DNA of 64,000 nucleotides from Cyanophora paradoxa CCMP329. Its lineage: Eukaryota; Plantae; Glaucophyta. Positions 58,021 to 64,000 of the stretch are shown here, in pieces. The translations under genes were made by a program, and so were the position numbers. The first letter of the stretch is position 1. The number at the start of each line of letters is the position of its first letter. Location of the stretch: the NCBI GenBank assembly GCA_004431415.1, contig QPMI01000034.1:1-64000 (forward strand). The letters run 5' to 3'. The notes below the pieces were generated by a model. That model was given only the letters and a program-made list of their open reading frames with translations, ran no database searches and had not been told where the DNA came from.

Positions 58021-61000
58021 ATGGCGAAGCCAGGTACACGCACGTCCCCCTCGCGCCCGGCCGCCCCCGCGGAAACTCGGCGTCAGGTCATCTGGTCGCC
58101 GTCGTGGTGAGCGGAGACAGTCCAAGCAAAGTCGGTGCGACGGTCGCCCGATCGGCCGCTTATGAAATCGACCCGAATTCGCGTCGCAGGCGCGTCAGAG
58201 CCGCCCACAACGACGACGTACGAACATCCGTTGCGTAGGATGTTTCAATCGCGCGTTGACCCCTCTGCGCAGCTCGCCCGCGACGTCGCCTGGTGAGACG
58301 GCAACCGGCTCTTCGCTGTCGTCAGCACCGGCGACCGTACGTCGTCGCTATCGTCATAAGTGCCACAGAAGAGCGATCGTATTGACGCCGCGCGCGCCCG
58401 CGCAAGCAGGACGCCGCCCCCGGTCCCCCGCATGCAACCCCTGCAGCTGGCGACGAGGATCCATTGGCGAGCTTGAAGCGCAGGCTGCACGGGTTCTCGC
58501 AGAACCTAGGTGAGCACGCGCGCGTAACACGCCAACGAGACACGCTCACGGGCTTGCCAGAGTCTGTTGTGCTCAACACGAGCTCGATCGTCCCGCGCTT
58601 GAATGCGGCGTCCAGCTCCCAGCAGCTGCGTCCCAAGTCGCCCGGCCTGAGCACGCACTCTTCATCTTCATTCTACTCGGTGACTGGATCTGCGAGCTCC
58701 CCAACAGCCTCCGGATTGCGTGCGTCACGAGTGGCGCCATGCAGTTCTGCGCGCCCAAGCCGCGCCGCGCAGGGTCGACCTCGTGGAGCGGGAACCTGGG
58801 GTCCTCGCTCAGCGCTCAGATGGCGCCCACGGCGCCGCCGCCGTCGCCGATCAACCCACCAGCAGCGACGCAGCCGGCGCCATCCGCGCCGCAGCCGGCG
58901 GCCCCGGCGTCGCCGGAGCGGCCGGCGCCGACGGCCCCGGCGCCGACGGTGGAGGACGTGTCGCTGGCGCCGGCGATGGGCGCGACGACGCCGCTGCCGC
59001 CGCCGGAGGCGACGTCGATGGCGCACTCGGCGCCGGTGACGCCGATGCTGGGGCCGCTGAACGTGCCGCGGGAGGCGGAGCGGACGCACTCGGAGTCGCA
59101 GGGGGAGGCGCCGGCGGTGCACGAGGTGAAGGCGGGGGACACGCTGGCCGGCATCGCCCTGCACCACGGCCTTTCCAAGGGCGAGCTCATGCGCACCAAC
59201 CGCCTCTTCTCCGAGCACGTCTACCGCGGCCAGGCACGCCCGCCCCCCGCCGACCGGCGGCCTCGGCGCCGGCTGACGCGGGGCGGCAGATCCTGTTCGT
59301 CCCGCGGGGGCGCCGGAAAGAGTCGTCGGCGGAGGCGGCGGCCATCGAGGCCTCGCTCGCCGCCCGCCAGGCCCGCGCCTCCGACGGCGGCGGCACCCCG
59401 CGCCTCCGGCCCCGCACCCCGACGGGGGTCCGCCCCCTCCTCCCGCGCCCCCGCCGCGTTCTCGGCGGGAGGGGCTCTGACGCGGGGCCGCAGTCGAGCG
59501 TGTCGGAGCGGGTGCTGCGGCCGGTCGGGGAGACGCCGAGCCTGCTGTCGCTGCGGGGCATCGAGGGCGGGCTGCCGGGGACGGAGAGCCCGGCGGAGGA
59601 GGCGCCGCCCGAGTCGCACGACATCACCTTCATCAACTCGGCGTGCCCCTCCCCGCCCCGCCACCGCCACCGCCAGCGCCGCCACCACTCCATGCGCCAC
59701 CGCCGCCGCACCTCGCGCGAGCGCGCCGCCCTCGCCGACATCTTCGGGCCGGGCGCCGTCCTGGAGAGCTCCAGCGGCAGCGGCGGCGAGTCGCCCAGCG
59801 GCTCCGACGCCTCCTACAACTCGGCCCCGGAGACCGACCCGAACGCCCCGGGGCGGCCCTTCCGGCGGCACCCCTCGTTCCTCTCGCAGCTCGACAAGGC
59901 CGCCCTCGCCGCCGCGGGGGGCCTCCACCACGCCGCCTCGAACCCCGCGGCGCCGGCGACGCGGGGCGGCGGGCGGGGCGACGTCTGGAAGGGGGCAAGC
60001 GTGATCTTCTGCCCGGCGGAGGACGCGCAGGTCAAGGGCGTCCTCACCGTCTCGCCGACCCTCGTCATCTTCGAGGCCCGCCGCCCCGCCCGGTGCCCGG
60101 CCCTCCGCGCGCCCCTGACGCGCCGCGCAGCCGTACGAGCACGACAGCGTCGTCCGCGAGCGCGGCCTCGTCAGCAGCCAGGCCCGCCCCGCCCCGCCCC
60201 GCCCCCGCCCCCGCCCCCGCCCCGGCGGCTGACGCGCACGGGGGCGGCAGGTCTGCATGGACGCGGCGTCGATCGTGCGGGTGCGGCTGGTGCAGGGCCC
60301 GCCGGCGGCGGAGGACTGGGCGGCGCTGCGGCGGCGGATGCCGCCGGCGGGGATGGAGGCGGGGGAGCCCGAGGCGCCGGCGGAGGGCCCCGAGTACGAC
60401 GGGAGCAGCACGAGCGGCGGCGACCCGAGCATCACCCGCAGCAGCGGCGACCCCTCCATCAACAAGCGCGCCCCCGAGGCCGCCGCCGCCGGCCACCTCG
60501 CCGACGTTGCCGAGGAGGGCGGCGCCGGCTCCGGCGGGGAGGAGGTGGAGATGGAGCGGGGCGGGCGGGGCCGGGAGCGGCTCCTCTCGACGGGGGCCGG
60601 CGTGAGCGGCCTCTCGTCGAACGCCGCCGCCGACGCCGACCACTTTATCGCCACCCACGGCGAGGTCTCCTTCGCCCCGCGCCCCGCCCACACGCCCCAG
60701 CTCCACCCAGCCCCCGCCCCCGCCGCCCCCGCCCCGCCCCCTCGACATCCCGCCCACGCCGCAGCTCTCCGCCTCGCCGCCCCCCTCGCCGCGCCAGGGC
60801 GGCCCCGCCCCGCACCCCGCGGCCGAGGCGCACCTTGGGACGCTCCACACGCACCCGCCGGCGGCCACGCGCTCCCGGGGCGGGCCAAGATGGTCCCCGC
60901 GCCCCGCCCCCGGTCGTCCCGCTGCAGCCCGAGCGCATGCTCTGGCTCTGCCTCGCCTGGCGGGGCGCCCCGGGGCCCTCCCCCCCGCCCCCCGCCCCCG

Positions 61001-62329
61001 GGGGCGGGAAGCGCCCGCAGAGCCCGACCTTCTACGCCTTCTTCGCCGGCGTCCAGCAGACGTGCGCCCGCCCCCGCCCCGCCGCCCGCCCGCCCCGCCT
61101 CTGCCGCGCGGACCGAGGCGGCGGGCAGGATGCTGGAGGCGTACACGGCGCTCTGGGCGGTCGTGGACGACGCGTGCCGCCGGCGGAGCCTGCGCGCCGC
61201 GCGGCGGCAGCGGGCCGACTCGGGGCCGGCCGAGAAGAAGCCCGAGCGGGAGCGGGAGAAGGCGCGGCGCTCGCTGGACCTGCCGGCCAAGGAGGCGCCG
61301 CCGCCGCCGCGGGAGACGGGCGGGGCGGGGAGCGCGGCGGCCCGGGCGCTGCTGAGCGCGCCGCACGTGCCGCTCCTCTCCGACAAGTCCTCCGCCATCA
61401 ACCCCGACATCGCCGCCCAGGCGCCACCCCCCCCCCCCCCCCCCCCCCGCCCGCCCCGCCCGGCACCCGCCCCCCGCCCCCGCTGATCCCCCGGCGGCCC
61501 CTCCCGCAGATCGGGCAGCGGCTGCCGAAACGGTACCAGGGGGCGGACTGGCACCTGCTGTACAGCACGGAGAAGCACGGGATCTCGCTGAAGACGTTCT
61601 ACGCGCGGACGGACGACATGGGCCCGACGGTGCTGGTCGTCCGGGACCGCACCGGGGGCGTCTTCGGGGCCTTCTGCGCGGAGAGCTGGCAGATCTCCCC
61701 CAAGTACTTCGGCGGCGGCGAGGCCTTCCTCTGGGTCCTCCGGCGCCCCGCCCCCGACGCCCCCGCCCCCGCCAAGCCCCGCGTCGAGGCCCGCCCCCGC
61801 CCCCCGCCGCCCCCGCCCCCGCCGGCGCGGCTGACGGGGAGGCAGGTGTTCGGGTGGAGCCACAAGAACGAGTACTTCCAGCTCGGCAAGGAGGACTCCC
61901 TCGCCATCGGCGCCGGGTCCGCCCCGCCCTCCCGCGCCCTTGCGGCCCGCCCCCGCCCCGCCTCACGGTCCGCGCAGGGGCCACTTCGGCCTCTGGGTCG
62001 ACGCCGAGTTCGAGAACGGTGCGCCGCCGCTCCCCGGGGGGCGATCCCCTTCCCGCCCCGCCCCGCGGGCCTGAGCCGGCCGCGCCGGCAGGCACGAGCG
62101 GCGCGTGCGACACCTTCGACTCCCCGCCCCTCGCCTCCACGACCGAGTTCCAGGCCCGCCCCGCCCCGCCCCGCCGGATCGTGGAGCCGGCCGTCCGCTG
62201 AGGCCGCGACAGATTGTCACGTTCGAGGCGTGGGGCTTCCGGGACAGGCCCATCCACAACGCCTCCCTGCGCGCCGCCCTCCGCGCACAGCAGACCAGCC
62301 TCGGCTTTGGCGGCGGGCGTCGGCGGTAG
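58021..62329 (+). CDS. OXR1: OXR1/NCOA7-like LysM + GRAM-like + TLDc protein
   Basis: LysM HEVKAGDTLAGIALHHGLSKGELMRTNRL. VKGVLTVSPTLVIFE|P. TLDc WHLLYSTEKHGISLKTFY..GVFGAF..YFGGGEAF..FEAWGF. Upstream exons from ATG 58021 splice in frame. Confidence 0.88.
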
Positions 62330-62740
62330 ATCTTGAGGTCGTGTAAATGAAGTGCATGCGCATGGGAAAGGTGTCGTAGAGCTCGCAAAGTCGCGGGAGC
62401 GAGTTTAACGAAAGCTGCGAAATTCAGCCTGCCCCCCCCCCCCCCCCCCCCCCCCCGCCTTCCCTTGCAGGGATACAGCATATGCACCGCATGTCCGCGG
62501 CCGTACCGATCTGTTATCCGCTGCACTCGGTCGCGCGAGGACAAGTCCTGGATGCCCTGTGACGTTGACGCGCGCAGTCGGCGAGCGCCGCGTCGAGGGG
62601 CTTGAGCTCGTCGGAAAAGTTTCCATCGATAGAGCGCGCCGCGGGAGCAGCGCCTCGCTCACTCGGCTGAGCGCTTGAGGTGCCGGGCTCAGACGCCCAT
62701 CCCCGCCCGGCTGTCCGATGCTGACGCCTGGTGGTCGCAC

Positions 62741-62902
62741 TGCATGTTGCAGCAGCACGCGCCCAGGAACTTCTCAAGGTGCTTCTCCAGCTCTGCCCGC
62801 GCCCCCCGCCTTCGTCAGACCGCACGCGCGCGGCAGCTCATGCAGCACGAGATAACGCACCCGCGAAGCCGTGCGCGTAGCGGCAGGCGCCGCCTGAGTA
62901 GG
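62741..62902 (-). pseudogene. 5'-truncated CCCH zinc-finger gene fragment
   Basis: AYSGGACRYAHGFA|ELEKHLEKF across a GTGCG..CTGAC..GCAG intron. The first two cysteines are absent and the repeat begins at that point. Confidence 0.5.
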
Positions 62903-63056
62903 CCGCTGAGGGGGGATCAAACTGCAGCTTCGCCGGAACGCCAGCGCAGCTCCGAAGCACTTGCCATAGCCGCCGAGTGGCCACATAGCGGCGCAACCAC
63001 CGTAAGCTCGTGACAAGTCGTGTGTCTTGAGTGCAGCCAGGCTAGCTAGCTGATCG
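62903..63056. repeat. ~154-bp dispersed repeat copy 2 (inverted relative to copy 1)
   Basis: Matches revcomp of 46961-47106 except a 7-nt insertion (GTGTGTC), a 1-nt indel and one substitution seen by eye. Confidence 0.95.
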
Positions 63057-63067
63057 CTGCGGGCGCG

Positions 63068-64000
63068 ATGCAGCACGAACAGCAAGCCGGAGGTGGCTGG
63101 GTGCCTCCGGCCTTGCCGGCGCCCTTCATGTATGCGGCGGGAATGCCGGTGCGGTCCCGCCGCGGAGCCCGAGCGTGCGCCCATCGCGCGTTTCTTACGT
63201 TGACTATGCACGCCCGCAGTGGGGCCAAGGTCCCTCGACTTCCGGAGCCGCGCCCGCCCACATACATCCCGCGTCCGCGCCCATGTCCATGGGCGCCGGC
63301 GCGGCTGTACATGTGCATGTAAATGGCCATCCTGGAGATAGTAGCATTGGCCAGCGCCAGCAGCTGTCGCCCCCGGCACCGCAGTTCGAATTCACTGCAG
63401 CAGTCCCCAACAGCGCTCATTGGCGCGGGCCCCCGCCCTCGCACATGTACAATCAGCCAGCCACCACAACATGCGCGTCTACGGCTCCAGCTATAGCTAT
63501 AGCTATGAGTGCTCATCCAAGCCTCGTGTCGCCCGAACAGCTCGGCTTTGCGCCCCCTTTGTACCCGCCGGACCAACTGTACCTGCCGCCCCCTCCTCCT
63601 CAGGCTCAGCAAGTGCACTTGCATCCACATGCTTTACGTCCGCGGCCAGCGATGCCTTCAGCTGGCCACATTCAGCTCCCGGGACCGACGCAGCATCAGT
63701 CTGCCTTCGCCCCTCAGACGTCTGCCGCCCCATCCCTTCACGTCTCTGCCCCCGTGAGCTCGATATTGGTGTGCAGGCTTTGTCACGCGCATCATTCGTT
63801 GTTCATCATCATGATCATTAACTGAGCGTCCTCGCAGCAGCGACACAGCAGCCACATGGGCGAGAACGAGTACACTCTCTTGTGCCTGATCTTTCTTAAG
63901 CTTGCAGTATCCGACCCGTGCTGCCGCTCAATCGCGCTGCGCAGCGGTCGAGAACGGCAAAACGCGGCGCTCTTCAGTCTCCCTGGTCCAATTCAGCAGT
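63068..64000 (+). CDS. Pro/Gln/His-rich hypothetical protein, runs off window
   Basis: MQHEQQAGGGWVPPALPAPFMYAAGMP|WGQGPSTS.. via a GTGCG..GCAG intron. Much lower GC3 than neighbouring genes. Confidence 0.45.

Noticed and set aside
7000-62300. Similar-looking short introns as an introner (mobile intron) family
   Set aside because: They share composition and splice signals, but I could see no alignable sequence identity or TSDs.
46961-63056. The two inverted copies as TIRs of a 16-kb transposon
   Set aside because: The enclosed DNA is ordinary housekeeping genes, with no transposase and no TSD. Copy 1 appears to be a native promoter.

Overview
Gene-dense, very GC-rich nuclear DNA from a flagellated eukaryote. 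An 'MPGFV..' transit-peptide-like N-terminus and the overall style suggest a glaucophyte-like alga; this is inference only. About 24 intron-rich protein genes are mostly arranged as head-to-head pairs: ZNF207/BuGZ, eIF3d, an MRH+filamin-Ig type-I membrane protein, a DNAH1-like axonemal dynein heavy chain, DNAJC8, ODA-DC3, FAM177-like, F-box/LRR, TMEM184, RPL18, ACTMAP, a BED-finger protein, an atypical ARF fusion, a pseudokinase and an OXR1-like LysM-TLDc protein. Most ORF-track entries are GC-bias shadows or run through introns. Highlights: (1) two tandem box H/ACA snoRNA paralogues downstream of RPL18, with a compensatorily substituted stem and guides for two LSU rRNA uridines, one at the peptidyl-transferase centre; (2) a strand-symmetric ~200-250 nt G-rich/C-rich oscillation carried in synonymous codon positions, with short introns at the C-to-G switch points; (3) frequent GC-AG introns lacking polypyrimidine tracts; (4) a near-identical copy of the RPL18 bidirectional promoter region 16 kb away that abuts a truncated CCCH-finger fragment and precedes a compositionally atypical gene. 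Exon boundaries were read by eye, and homopolymer indels are likely in places.
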